From NCBI GenBank assembly GCA_030390025.1, contig CM059432.1, positions 115,880,001 to 115,944,000 of the forward strand: 64,000 nt of DNA, given 5' to 3'. The position numbers and the translations under genes were made by a program. Positions within the stretch are counted from its first letter, which is position 1; each line of letters starts with the position of its first letter. The notes under the pieces are model-generated. The model was not told the origin of the DNA. It was given only the letters and a program-made list of their open reading frames with translations, and made no database searches. Positions 47,419 to 59,651 of the stretch are shown in pieces. The stretch is from Squalus acanthias. Taxonomy: Eukaryota.

Positions 47419-49055
47419 AGGCTGCGTTGGTGGGAGCAGGAATGCTGTCATCCTGAGAGAGGACAACAGGTTCTTGCTCCACTGACTCACTGCCACTCCC
47501 CCGGGGCAGCACCTCAGCATCCCTAGAAATCTGTTGGAGCACAGATTGCTGGCCTGCTGCGACACCAGTGAAAGCCCTGGTCGATGATGGTAGACCCAGC
47601 TACGATGGCAGCAGTCAGAGCTTGCGTGGCATCAGGCTGAGACTGCATGAGAGCAGTCTGAGATTGGATGCCACCAAGCATAGTCTACATTATAACACTA
47701 AGACATTGTGTCGCTTCCGCCTGTGCTGCAATGGAAGCGGCCAGATCGCCCATCACACGCGGCATCAGGTCTGGGTTGCCACAGTCTCTCTGGGAGTCTA
47801 CCATCATTTGCAGACTGGAAATGATGGGCTCCATGGTGTGCGCAGAGCCTTGTGCAATGTTGGAAGCGGACTCCTCCATGCTCCTTATCATTGCTGAAAG
47901 GCTCTCAGGCACCCTTGCCATTGCACCTATCATCTCCGTGTGCATGCCCATCACACTTCTTCCAAATACCTCCCCATCGAGGTCCTCATCTGAGTCCTGT
48001 GCAGCAGAACTCGCGTGCGAACTCGACCTCCGAGGAGCTGGCCCCCGAGCTATCCTTTCCCCCTGGCCTTGCTGCAGCCCACTCTTCCCTGGTACCTCAC
48101 CCTGTGCAGATCCCGCTACTATACTAGCCTCTAAAGAACGTGTAGTGCCAGTATCTGAGCTGGTGTCTGCGGGTGAGAGATGCAGTGACACGGTGTCTTC
48201 TTCCTCCTCCTCTTCTCCCGCCTCGCTCTCTACGGTGCCCTCAGGGACAGGCTGCTCAGGTGCTTGCTCATTATCTGAAAGCATAAAGGCACAAGAGTGG
48301 TTATGGTGAGGGGAGGGGGCAGGGAGAAATGCATGCATACAGCATGATTAACTGGAAAGTGCGAAACGCTTGTGGGGTGAAGGGGAAGTGGGATGTGAGA
48401 AGAAGGACTAGGGATGAACATACAGTTGTTGTCCCCTTGGGGGTCAACGTCACCGGTGGCCACGGCGCCCACCACCTGGCGCCAATAATCTGTAGCACTC
48501 GATTCTGCAGCACAGACAGTTATTGGGTGTTGGCTTGTCCTCCGCCTGTACACTCCTGCTCCCTCCTGTTGTGAGCCACCTTGGCCTGCAAGAGAAAGTA
48601 AAGTGTGTGAGTGAGTGTGGAGCAATGTATTTGGGTGATGTGCCTGCCATAGTTGAATAGCTATCATTGTGTGCAAGGTGTGAGATGTGGGTGTGAGTGT
48701 TGGTAGGTAGAGATTGTTGGTGTACGGGTTCTGGGGGTGTGGTGCTTTGGGCAGTGTGTGATGATTGTGGCACAGATGGTGGTATGTAGCATTTGTTGAA
48801 GTATTCACTCACCCTGACCACCCGAGTGAGGTCGTTAAGTTTCTTCCTGCACTATGTGTGTGTCCTGGGGACCACAGTGCTGCCCGAGATGTGCTGGGCT
48901 ACCTCCCTCCACATGGCGCAGAAGACTTGCGGTGAATGCCTCCTGCCACTTGCCAGGTAGAGCACCGCCCTCCGTTTCTCCACAGTGAACACCAGCAGCT
49001 CCAATGATTCATCACAGAATCTGTGGGCTCTCTCCCTGGGGCGTGGATCTGCCAT
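47419..49055 (-). pseudogene. Harbinger Myb/SANT gene, 3 exons, premature stop
   Basis: MADPRPRERAHRF...WREVAQ...RTHT*; same intron positions as 30677-32550. Confidence 0.8.
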
Positions 49056-50019
49056 GAGTACAGCTACTTCAGTCCTCCAGCTCCTTCTCTTTGACCTGCT
49101 GCTGCTTGCTGAGACAGCTGCACAGCCAGCAATGCTGAGAATGAGGTGCTGCAGCATCAATGAACCTCCCTTTTAGGTACTGAAAAAAGCCTGAGGCAAT
49201 CATGACTTGCGATTAGACTGCACCTGAAATTGGTCCACCCTTTGAACATAAGAAATAGGAGCAGGAGTCGGCCATTTGGCCCTTCGAGCCTGCTTCTTTG
49301 AGTGTAACGCCAATGAGATTGGGCTTTAAGACTTGATTTAGGACTCCAATCATTTCATTGAGCAGTGAGCATGAATTTTGCGTGCTGTCTAAAGCATTAG
49401 CGCCTGGTGCTAATTCTCCAACTTTTCTAATGATACCGTCCATTCCTGGGCTATAATGAATTTCTAGCCCAGAGTGTCGACTCCATCACCTGCGAGTAAC
49501 CTGATTTTAAATAATTGAAAATGGTTTTAAATAACTATATAGAACCAGTTACAAGTTACATTGGTGTACAGTAGTCAGTTTCTTAGCAAATTAAATAATT
49601 TTCAATAGTTAAAAGCTTTTAAAAGGTGCCCACTGGTGCCCTCGCACCTAAAAAAAACCTTAATTTCAAGAGTCTGCTCGAAGCCCCGTAAACGGGCCCA
49701 ATTAGCGGAAGGTCGCCATGGTGATTAATTCCACCAGGGGGTGCGGACAGTTTTGTGGGCGGGGCCAGCTTCCAGCGCGATGTTTTTTAAACCAGCGCAA
49801 AAGATCGCGGAAGCTCGATTTGTGCTGGATGCAACTGCCGCTTTAACTTTCTTCATCTTTCGCGCTGGTTTGGCCAATTTCGAGAAAGTTAGCAGAAACG
49901 CTACCCCCTGAACTTTGTAAACATTTAATTTTAAAAGAAAAAAAATGCACATTTGTTCAATGGCATTCCATTGAGCAGGAAGGGTTTAAATGAATGCCTG
50001 AAGTACCCACCTGCTCGAT

Positions 50020-50250
50020 GGCTTGGTTCGTATGTGTATTGTCTAATTTAGAACTGAGCCGTATGGAACAGGAGTGACCCAAGTCGATCCCTGTGCTGAC
50101 TAGGGAGCTACACTTTGCCTCCACATCTCTGGGCTAGCAAGGGGGAAAACTCAACTCGGGTTCCCAATCTTGATTGTTACCCAGTATTGCTACTGGAACC
50201 TGTACAAGTGCAGATGTTTGCTGAGGATAGAATTGGGCTCGGCTGTGATG
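50020..50250 (+). mobile_element. Old tRNA-derived SINE remnant (family not assigned)
   Basis: Degenerate B-box (AAGTCGATCCC) and a body resembling a fish/shark SINE, from memory only. Confidence 0.4.
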
Positions 50251-50279
50251 ATTGAATAGGCTGGCAATATTATGTAGGA

Positions 50280-50725
50280 ATATGAGTAAAGACTTGAAAA
50301 ATTGGGGCATTTTGCATTAGAACAGTACAGATTGCAGTGCGATATGATAGAAGTGTTTAAAATTATGAAAGGTTGGATCAGGGCAGAGAGAAGCAGACTG
50401 TTTCCAGCAGTTGAGGGGTCTAGAATCAGCGGCCACAGATGCAAGATTCAATGTAAGAGATTTAGAACAGAGAGCAAGAGAAACGTCTTTACACAAAGAG
50501 TTGTGAGATGGTGGAATTCACTTCCAGGGGTTAGTGGTTGAGGCACTCAACATTCAAGATTAGATTGGATAGGTGGATCAAGGAAAAGCAGATAAGTGGA
50601 TGAAGGGATATGGGAACAGGGCATGTAAATGTGATTAGGACTGTTTGCTCATGTGAAGGGTAAACATGATATGGACTGGTTGGGCCGAATGGCTTATTTC
50701 CATGTTGTAATTCCTTTGTATTTCT
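50280..50725 (+). mobile_element. Old CR1 3' fragment
   Basis: DMIEVFKIMKG...FTQRVVRWWNSLP; GGGCCGAATGG tail. Confidence 0.8.
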
Positions 50726-50976
50726 ATGTCCACATACTTGAGTTAGATACTGGCGGGCAGTTGATTCCCATGGTACTGTAGCTCAGCATGAGGTAACTCC
50801 TTCTAGGGAAAAGGGGAGTAAATTGAACAGGGAAAATCTGTTCAATACATACATAAAAAAGGTATAATGTGAAGGCAACCAGTATGTAGTTCTCCATTGA
50901 ATGAATTCCTGATTGTAACTGGGATGCTGGGTTGCAGAGACTAAGTGGGAAAGAGTTAAATATTCCCACATGGTAT

Positions 50977-51440
50977 CAACAACAACTTGCACCTTTAATG
51001 TAGTAAAACGTCCCAAGGTGCTTCATAGAAGCATCAGGAAACAAAATAGACACTGAGCTACAAAAGGAGACATTAGGACAAGTGACCAAAAGCTTGGTCA
51101 AAGAGATAGGTTTGAAGGAGTGTCTTAAAGGAGGAGAGAGAGGTAGAGAGGCAGGGAGGTTTAGGCAGGGAATTCCAGAGCTTGGGGCCTAGGCAACAGA
51201 AGGCATGGTCACCAATGGTGGGGCAAAAAAGTCGGGGATGCGCAAGAGGCCAGAATTGGAGGGACATGGAGTTCTTGGAGGGTTGTGGGGCTGGAAGAGG
51301 TTACAGAGATAGGGAGGGGTGAGGCCATGGAGGGATTTGAGCACAATGTGAAAAGTTTAAAATCAAGACGTTCGGGGATCAGGAGTCAATGTAGGTCAGT
51401 GAGCGCATGAATGAGGGGTGGATGGGACTTGGCTTGAGTA
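50977..51440 (-). mobile_element. L2 3' end
   Basis: Matches 12302-12740; KLWNSLP...FKTLLQTYLF. Confidence 0.8.
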
Positions 51441-52437
51441 CATAATTAATTCCTACTATGAAATATTGAAACAAAATTTGGTTATGAAGAGTGCTATAAA
51501 TGTAAGCGATGGAATATTTTAGCAAATATTTTGTGATGGAATAAAAAGATTCAAATTAGGCAATATAAAGCAATATGGAGTGAGCCCTGTTGGAATTTGT
51601 TCCATCCGTCAACATTTAAGGACAAAACCTGGACAACCGAAAAACAGTAAAAGATGATCGAAAGCATTTTAAAGAGATTTAAAACCAGCCTATGTAGATC
51701 AATGAGAACTGAAGAAGTCTTTTTAATTAGTGTAAAAGTGTCCATTTGACTCTATTTGCAAACAAGATCAATAGATCCATAGGAAAACCTACATGCATAT
51801 TTCAGGTTACTTAGATCTTGCACGTATTCAGAATTCTAGATAAATTCATACATACATATTGGCACATTACAGCTCTATTTTGTTTTTAAAAATAATGTAG
51901 GCAGATCTACATTTTCAATGAATCTTCAGATGTTGGTTCTCAAGGCACAGAAAAATAATTATTTTCCGCTCAACTTTGAAGGTTTTTAAGCATTTCATTT
52001 CTTCAAAGTCTTCTTGTGGCAATGGATCAATTGTAAAGTGCAAACAGTATTGATCTCTTTGCCCTGTAAGCTCCTGGGTTAATTGGTTTTTTACTTCACG
52101 TAGTTCTCCATTTTTCTTCCATCTGACTCAATTGAGCAGATATTTTTTGTGACATGAATGCTGACTTCTTTTGCTGGCATTTTGTTGGCATCCCGTTTTT
52201 TTTTCTAAAGTAAGCAGAAATAGGTTATTAAGTTTAAAAATGGCTAAGAACATCCGATTACAATGAAGAACTGAAGAGGTATGGCAAAGCGATTGTTGGA
52301 TGTTGACCAAAGCACCTATTAATCCTTTTATGGGTTTGACATACATGCAGTTGAAACACACTGCAGAAAATTGGATATCTGAGAACAGGTTACAAGACTA
52401 GGATCTAGTTGAAAAATTGTAATACCCTGGAAACCAG

Positions 52438-53027
52438 AGGGTCGATTTTAACAACAGGCATGGAACAGGTGAGCAGCGGGTGAGATGTTAACTTGTTCCT
52501 ACCAGCAGGAGGCCTGAGCCATTTCGAGGGCTGGGCCTTATTACCCTGAACGGGCATCCCACTGCAACTCGTTGACTACAGGCACAGTATTGGGCAGCCT
52601 GGAGGCTGACTCAGCTGGCAGGAAGGTTGATCCAGTGGGGGAAATTGCGGAGGGGGAAACCTGGGGCGGCAGTGGCCCATATTATTCGTGTGGAGCCCAT
52701 ACGAGCACTACTGCTCCGTCCAGTACCACGCAAATAATGATTTACTGATGTTTTAGTGGTCTCCTCCTCTTCACTGCCAGGTTCAACTGGGTGGATGGTT
52801 CAGCTGGGCAGAGCATGTTCTGCCCACTTGTCCCTCGAAACTGTATCCGGCACAAGTTACGTCGTAGGACCCCGATTTGCATGTAATAATGAGGCTCCCA
52901 CCTGGGCCACCCAGCAGAAAGCCCCAGTAAATGGTGGCGGAACAGGAACGGGGTGGTAAGTTGACCACTGCTATTTCAACTTCACTACCACCCTGAATTT
53001 GATAAGCGGGCCAAGTTAAAATCGGTA
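52438..53027. mobile_element. Degenerate Harbinger-type MITE
   Basis: GGGGTCGATTTTAAC / GTTAAAATCGGTAC imperfect TIR. Confidence 0.55.
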
Positions 53028-53285
53028 CTTGAGAGAGCAAATACAAGTTGTTTCAAATCATCAGCTAAATCCTGGAATTAGATTACAGTTTGGAACTCAC
53101 TCCATGGCATTTTAATCTTTAGTAAAATATCTCTTTAATATCTTTTTATGCTGTCTTTGCCCTGTATCTTCGCAGATGACAGCAGGCATTGCACATCATT
53201 ACCTTGATGGCTCATGTTTACAAATAGCTTTGTGACATAGGCAAAGAAGTGTGAATGAATTTGAATTTGTTTTTAATTATGGATC

Positions 53286-53660
53286 GTCCCAAGGCGCTTC
53301 ACAGGAGCGTTATCAAAAAAATGTTGACGCTGAGCCACATAAGGAGATGTTAGGACAGGTGACCAAAAGCTTGGTCAATGAGGTAAGTCTTAAGGAGCCA
53401 CCTTAAGGGAGGAGAGAGAGGTAGAGAGGCAGAGAGGTTTAGGGAGGAAATTCCAGAGCTTAGGGCTTTGGCAGCTGAAGGCACGACCGCCAATAGTGGA
53501 GTGATGAAAATCGGGGATGTGCAAAAGGCCAGAATTGGAGGAGTGCAGAGTTCGCGGAGGGATGTAGGGCTGGTGGAGATTAGAGAGATAGGGAGGGGCG
53601 AGGCCATGGAGCGATTTGAACACAAGGATGAGAATGTTTAAATCGAGGCGTTGTCGGACT
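53286..53660 (-). mobile_element. L2 3' fragment
   Basis: KSLHGLAPPYLS...GGRAFS...KLWN. Confidence 0.8.
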
Positions 53661-54173
53661 GCAAACAACAAATGAATGATGAGATAATCATGAGCATACA
53701 AAATTGATGGGCAGGAAAAGACCAGTTGGTTCATCAAGCCTGTCCCACACCATGATGGATGAAGCATCATGACTAAACACTTCTTCCCTCCCCTTGCTTT
53801 GTTTGTATTGGTTGAGCAAAGAATGCTGGAGAACGTTGCTGTTCTTTGAATGAGCTGGCACACAGAACCGTCTCACCGGAAAATTGCCCTCCCTCAATAC
53901 TGTGTTGGATAATCCTTATCTTCTTAATAACAGATTCATGGATGCTAGAGACAGGAATATGTCTGACAATTAACTACATTTGTTAATGTTTCAAAACTTG
54001 CGTGGAGGCGGGATGGAGGCGGACTTGTGCCCGCCCGCCAGTTTTCGCAATTTTAACCCCCCACACACCTCCAAACCCGCCTCCACGGGTCAATGAAAAT
54101 CCAGCCCAATGACTCTGGTACAGCCATCCTCCATTACCAGCACCGGCTGTCCGACAGAAAATGGCAGAGGTGG

Positions 54174-54408
54174 TTAAGATCTGAAGTTGTTAAATTCAAT
54201 GTTAAGGCCGGAAGACTGTCAAGTACCTAGTAGGAAGATGAGGTGCTATTCCTCAAGCTATTCCCTGGCTCTGTACTTGGCTTAAAAGCTGTTCATCTCT
54301 AACATCTTCCAGTTCTGATGAAAGGTCATCAACCTGAAACGTTAACTCTGTTTCTCTCTCCGCAGATGCTGCCTGACCTGCTGAGTGTTTCCAGCATTTT
54401 CTGTTTGT
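54174..54408. mobile_element. Penelope-like element fragment: inverted ORF C-terminus plus pseudo-LTR
   Basis: Minus 54174-54259 reads LEE*HLIFLLGT*QSSGLNIEFNNFRS*, typical of a GIY-YIG C-terminus; plus-strand pLTR carries a hammerhead motif. Confidence 0.7.
54311..54347 (+). ncRNA. Minimal type I hammerhead ribozyme motif
   Basis: AGTT-CTGATGA-A-AGGT catca ACCT-GAAA-CGTT-AACT: stem I AGTT/AACT, stem II AGGT/ACCT, palindromic AACGTT stem III, GUU site. Confidence 0.75.
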
Positions 54409-54924
54409 ACTGCTGCTCTACATTGGTTGGACATGTCAGGGCCAATTCCTGCCTCACTATTGCCCTACTTATGCCTGTAAACATTGCAGTAGCAGGAGTA
54501 AATCGGGGAAAGAAATCTGCCAGCTTAATGTTAGAGGTCCACCTGTTCTGAATTCTTGGGAACTCGATTTAGGCGGCTAGTGTTCACACCAGAAACAGGC
54601 AGAGACCTAATTCAAATATTCACTTATGTATCAGCTGCAATGTTCCCTCGAAGTTGGGCGCATGTGTGGATGTGCAGCAATCGAGAAGGTACTGCACAGG
54701 CCGCTCACCAGCTGTTCGCATTTAAGATACCGCACAGCAAATCGAAAGGTACCGCACACAAAAGAAAATCTAGAGGGCACTTTAGTCAGCTGATGGTGTC
54801 AGGAACCCCCCCCCCCCACCAAGGGCCATTTTGGCATCAATCAGTGCTGCCACCACTACTTCCTCAAACCACCCACAAACTATGGGTGGTACAGGTTGGG
54901 AGGCGGCCATTTACAGTGCTATTT

Positions 54925-55367
54925 AAAGAAAGAAAGACTTGCATTTATATAGCGCCTTTCATGACTACTGGACATCCCAAAGTGCATTACAGCCAATGAA
55001 GTACTTTTTGAAGTGCAGTCACTGTTGTAATGTAGGAAACGCGGCAGCCAATCTGCACACAGCAAGCTCCCACAAACAGCAATGTGATAATGACCAGATA
55101 ACCTGTTTTTTAGTGATGTTGACTGAGGGATAAATATTGGCCAGGACACCGGGGATAACTCCCCTGCTCTTCTTCGAAATAGTGCCGTGGGATCTTTTAC
55201 ATCCACTTGAGAGAGCAGACTCTTTTTAACATCTCATCTGAAAGACAGCACCTCTGACAGCGCAGCGCTCCCTCAGTACTGCACTGGAGTATTGGCCTAG
55301 ATTTTGTACTCAAGTCTCTGGAGTGAGACTTGAACCCACAACCTTGTGACTGGGAGGCGAAAGTGCT
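54925..55367 (-). mobile_element. Deu-domain tRNA SINE
   Basis: Same as 8455-8901. Confidence 0.8.
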
Positions 55368-55653
55368 CCCCACTGCGCCACGGCTGCAGTCAGGGAAAGC
55401 TGAAAGCAGGTCTGGCACTCATTTTTTCTTTGGTCTTTTGATAGTTTTGAGCCTTAATGGTTTCTGTAAGGTCACCTCTTTGCCACTGTGTGCTCAGAAA
55501 ATTTCTGTACTTCTGAAGTCAGCTGCTCCATTGAATCCCCGATGCTTTGAGCCCTCCCCTTTAAGTTGGTGCTGCAGACCCATGATGAGTATCGACCCAC
55601 CAGATCTCCCTCCCTCCCAAATGGTGCCTATAAGCAGTGTGATTAGTATTGGC

Positions 55654-55892
55654 CATGATGCGGAGATGCCGGTGTTGGACTGGGGTGGACAAAAATGAGA
55701 AGTCTCACAACACCAGGTTATAGTCCAACAGTTTTATTTAAAATTATGAGCTTTCGGAGCTCCGCTCCTTCTTCAGGTACAGGTACAGGACTGAACAGGA
55801 CTGTACCTGTACCTGAAGAAGGAGCGGAGCTCCGAAAGCTCGTAATTTCAAATAAAACTGTTGGACTATAACCTGGTGTTGTGCGACTTCTC
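55654..55892. mobile_element. Penelope-type terminal-repeat hairpin insertion
   Basis: Inverted arms of about 93 bp (55696-55788 / 55801-55893) plus a unique end of about 42 nt; 12-bp TSD ATTAGTATTGGC. Confidence 0.8.
55810..55844 (+). ncRNA. Minimal hammerhead ribozyme motif (mirror copy on the minus strand)
   Basis: TAC-CTGAAGA-A-GGAGC gga GCTCC-GAAA-GCTC-GTA; stem I TAC/GTA, CUC site. Confidence 0.65.
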
Positions 55893-56540
55893 ATTAGTAT
55901 TGGCAGCTGACCTGTTCTACTTAACTGAGACCCGACTACTAAACCGATTGACCCACACACCTCCATCATCAGGTAAACAGAGTGGATGTTACAGCATGCC
56001 TTTGAAAGAGCTATCCAATTAGTCCCACTCCCCTGCTCTTTCCCCATAGCCATGCAATTTTTTCCCTTTTAAGTACAGATCCAATTCCCTTTTGAAAGTT
56101 ACGATTGAATCTGCTTCCACTATCCTTTCAGGCAGCGCATTCCAGATCATAACAATTTGCTGAGTAAAAAAATTCTCTTCATCTTCCCCTTGGCTTTTTT
56201 GCCAATTATTTTAAATCTGTGTCCTTTGGGTACTGACCCTCCTGCCAGTGGAAACAATTTCTCCCTATCTACTCTATCAAAACCCCTCATAATTTTGAAC
56301 ACCTTTATTAAAACTCCCCTTAACCTTCTCTGCTCTAAGGAGAACAACCCCAGCTTCTCCAGCCTCTCCACATAACTGAAACCCCTCATCCCTGGTACCA
56401 TTTTACTAAATCTCCTCTGTGCCCTCCCCAAAGCCTTGACATCCTTCCTAAAGTATGGTGCCCAGAATTGGCCTAACCAGTGATTTATAAAGGTTTACCA
56501 TAACTTCCTTGCTTTTGTACTCCATGCCTCTATTTATAAA

Positions 56541-56742
56541 TGATGCGGAGATGCCGGTGTTGGACTGGGGTGGACAAAAGTGAGAAGTCGCACAACACCA
56601 GGTTATAGTCCAACAGCTTTATTTGAAATCACAAGCTTTCGGAGCGCTGCTCCTTCGTCCTGACGAAGGAGCAGCGCTCCGAAAGCCTGTGATTTCAAAT
56701 AAAGCTGTTGGACTATAACCTGGTGTTGTACGACTTCTCACT
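56541..56742. mobile_element. Second Penelope-type hairpin insertion
   Basis: Inverted arms of about 80 bp with a 2-nt centre, CTGACGA...GAAA core, same unique end as 55654; 12-bp TSD TCTATTTATAAA. Confidence 0.8.
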
Positions 56743-56834
56743 TCTATTTATAAAGCCAAGGATCCCGTATGCTTTTTTAACAGCTTCATCAACTTGTCCT
56801 GCCACCTTCAAAGATTTGTGTGTGTGAACCCCAT

Positions 56835-57520
56835 AGGGAAAAATTCAGTTGATTTGCACCTCCCGTTAGCGCTAAGAGGGTGCTAATGGGGCACAAAGCA
56901 ACTAGCGCCCGGGCGCGGCGCCGCTAACGCCTCCCGCGAAATTCAGTGGGAGGTTAGCAGCGGCGGTAACCGTTAGCGCCTCGCGGCGCTGTGCCTCCGG
57001 CGATGACATCATTGCCTGAGGCACAGCGCCCCGCTCGCGCCCTTGGCCACGATCTTCGGCAGCGCCCCCTTGCTTACCGCCGGACGCTCTATCCGACAGG
57101 GTCAGGGGACCCTACCTGCGGTCAGGGCGGCGCAAATTAAAGGGGAGGTGCCGGGCAGCCATTTTTGTCGCTGGCCGCATGCCAGCACTTACCCCCGTTG
57201 CTGTCCCTGGCCTCCTGTGAAGCCCCGCCGTGGGGTGCCGGCTGCGCTGGTACTCCAATCCCTGGTGGCCCAGCTGGGCCCCGGGTCATGCTGTGCTAGG
57301 CCCCTCCCCTTTAATAAGGGGAGAAAGGCCTGCAGTACTGCGGCGTGACGTGCCACAAAGCGTGATGCTGCTGCATGTAGCGCCGCGATATTCACTCGCA
57401 GCGCCCCAAGAGGGAGGCGGGGCGCTACCAATGAATTTCGGGCGCGGGGGTGCTAACTTTTTTGGGGCGCTACTTTCGAAGTTAGTGCCCCAAAGGGGAC
57501 GCGACCCAATTTTGCCCCCC
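56835..57520. mobile_element. Non-autonomous derivative (MITE) of the 30319-34533 Harbinger family
   Basis: Left end matches the reverse complement of about 34445-34533; right end matches the reverse complement of 30319-30352. Confidence 0.85.
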
Positions 57521-58488
57521 TAATCTCTCTATTGCTGCACTCCCTTTAAAATTGTACCATTTAGTTTATATTACTTCTCGTCATTTTTCCTTTTAAAATG
57601 CATCACTTCACACTTGTTTGTGTTAAATTTCATCTGCCAAGTGTCTACCCATTTCACCAGTCTGTGTATGTCCTCCTGAAGTCTGCAAACTTTGAAATTA
57701 TGACCTCTATACCCAAGTCCAGGTCATTAATATATATATATATATCCCCTGGAGAAGACCACTGTATACTTCCCTCCAGTCCGAAAAGCAACCGTTGTCC
57801 ACTACTGTCTGCTTTCTGTCTCACAGACAATTTCATATCCACGCTGCCATTGTCCCTTTAGTCCCATAGGCTTTAATTTTACTAACAAGACTACTACGTG
57901 GCACTTTATCAAAGCCATTTCGAAAGTCCATATACAAAACTTTAACTGCACTAACCGCATCAACCTTCTCCGTTATTTCATTGAAAAACTCAATCAAGCA
58001 TGATTTGCCTTTAAAAAAATCCATGTTGGCTGTCAATTATTAACCCATGTTCTTGCAAGTGACAATTTATTTTGTCCCAGATTATACTCTCTAGAAGTTT
58101 CCCCATCACCGACATTAGGCTGACTGGCCTGTAGTTCCTGGTTTTATCCCTCGCCCCTTTTTTGAACAAGGGTGTAACATTTGCAACCCTCCAGTCCTCT
58201 GGCACCACTCCCATGTCCAAGGAGGATTGGAAGATTGTGGCCAGAGCCTCCGCTATCTCCACTCTTACTTCCCTCAACAACCTGGGATGCATCCTATTTG
58301 GGCCAGGTGACTTTCGTACTTTGAGCGCTGCCAACCTCTTTATCTATATTTATCCTATCCAATTTTGCTAGCTGCTCCCACTTTACTGTAACATTGTCAG
58401 CATCCTTTTCTTTAGTTTTATTTCCTATGTGTAGCACCTTACACTTGTTGGAATTAAATTTCTTTTGGCATTGTTCTGCTCACTTATA

Positions 58489-58778
58489 GGGGGGAATTTT
58501 AACCCCCAAAAATGGGTGGGTTGGGGTCGGGTGGGAGGTTAAAGTGTTAAAAATCTGAATCCCAACCCCAACTCACTTCCAACCCGCCCATTTCTGGTTT
58601 TAGCGGCGGAGGGACGTGGGGGGTGGGCGGTGCGGCGGCAGGCAGCCAACCTGCTCCCAGGAGGCGGGTTGGCACTTTAAATATGTTATTGAGGCTGGAA
58701 GCCTCGGACTTAACCTGGGTTGCCCGCGCTCTACCGGGACCCCCGCTCCCAGCGGGTCTCCAGGTAAAGATTCCGGCA
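58489..58778. mobile_element. Short MITE (family of 4660-7145)
   Basis: GGGGGGAATTTTAACC end and shared AAAATCTGAATCCC...CCAACCCGCCCA body. Confidence 0.6.
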
Positions 58779-58965
58779 ATATATTTTGTCCAACTCATTC
58801 TGTATTTCCTGAGCTGCCTTTTCCAATTCCACTGCCTCTCCTTTTTTGGTATTATCTGCAAATTTGACCACTTTGCATTGAATTTCTGGATCCAGGTCTC
58901 TTACATAAATTAGAAACAGTAGTGTTCCCAGCACCAAGTCTGGAGGCTCCCTACTCTGACTTAAC

Positions 58966-59651
58966 GGGCTGGATTTTGATACTGGGGCGGGTTGGGGTCG
59001 TGTCATCCGCATTTCGTGTTATCCACCTGATTGCAATTTGATGTGGGAGATTGATGCAATTTTCACCTAATTGGGCAATTGAGTTCCAGCATGTGGGAAC
59101 CCATGAACCAATTAGTGGTTTCAGTCTGAAAGTCGCCTCTGATGATGTCATCATTGCTGCTGCATTGCAGGTCAGAGACTGCCTGGTCTCAGAGACTGAC
59201 TGGCTGTTGGTGAGAGAGGACCTGGATGCAAAATGAGCAGCATCAGAGAGAGAGAGAGAGAGAGAATGAGAATTTTTTTTTCCTCCAGGTCCTCTCACAG
59301 CAAAGGCCAGGCAGTCTCTGAAGACATTCAATGCAGCAGCATCAGAGGCGACTTTCAGACCTAATACTACTACTACCTTCATCACATCGCCGTTGTAATA
59401 GTGGACCTGCAACTGATAGTCAGCTATCCACTTGTGCTCCCGACAGGTTTCACTGGCGTGTTTCACATCAGGCGTGTTAAGGGCTTTAATGGCCTCTCCC
59501 GCCTCTTGGAGGCGGGACGGAGTCGGGAACACCGCACACGATTTTATCAAAATTGCATGGAGGCGGGATCAGGTCCGCCCGCCACTTTTTGCAATTTTAA
59601 CCCCCCACACGCCTCCAAACCCGCCTCCACGGCCCTATGAAAATCCAGCCC
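58966..59651. mobile_element. Harbinger-type MITE with an internal inverted repeat
   Basis: Perfect TIR GGGCTGGATTTT / AAAATCCAGCCC; AAC TSD; right end also seen at about 53995-54107. Confidence 0.85.

Larger units (their letters stand above)
44648..49470. mobile_element. Decayed two-gene Harbinger with a CR1 insertion and a central deletion
   Basis: Imperfect TIR GGGGGAAACATTC / GAATTTCTAGCCC; AGA flanks; transposase (+) and Myb (-) remnants. Confidence 0.75.
56000..58400 (-). mobile_element. Decayed CR1 split by a Penelope hairpin and a MITE
   Basis: KSPGP..MHPRLLRE, NYRPVSL, RLEKLGLFSLEQRRLRG remnants. Confidence 0.85.

Noticed and set aside
46493..47485. 330-aa ORF as an intact fusion gene
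   Set aside because: Starts in a CR1 tail, lacks the transposase N-terminus and GSCHD motif, and ends across a deletion junction
51900..52130. Possible host exon on the minus strand (short stop-free frame)
   Set aside because: No recognisable domain or convincing splice pair; BLASTX or RNA-seq would be needed
58951..59550. 199-aa minus-strand ORF with an internal repeat
   Set aside because: Lies within a MITE; the repeated peptide reflects its inverted repeat and (GA)n run
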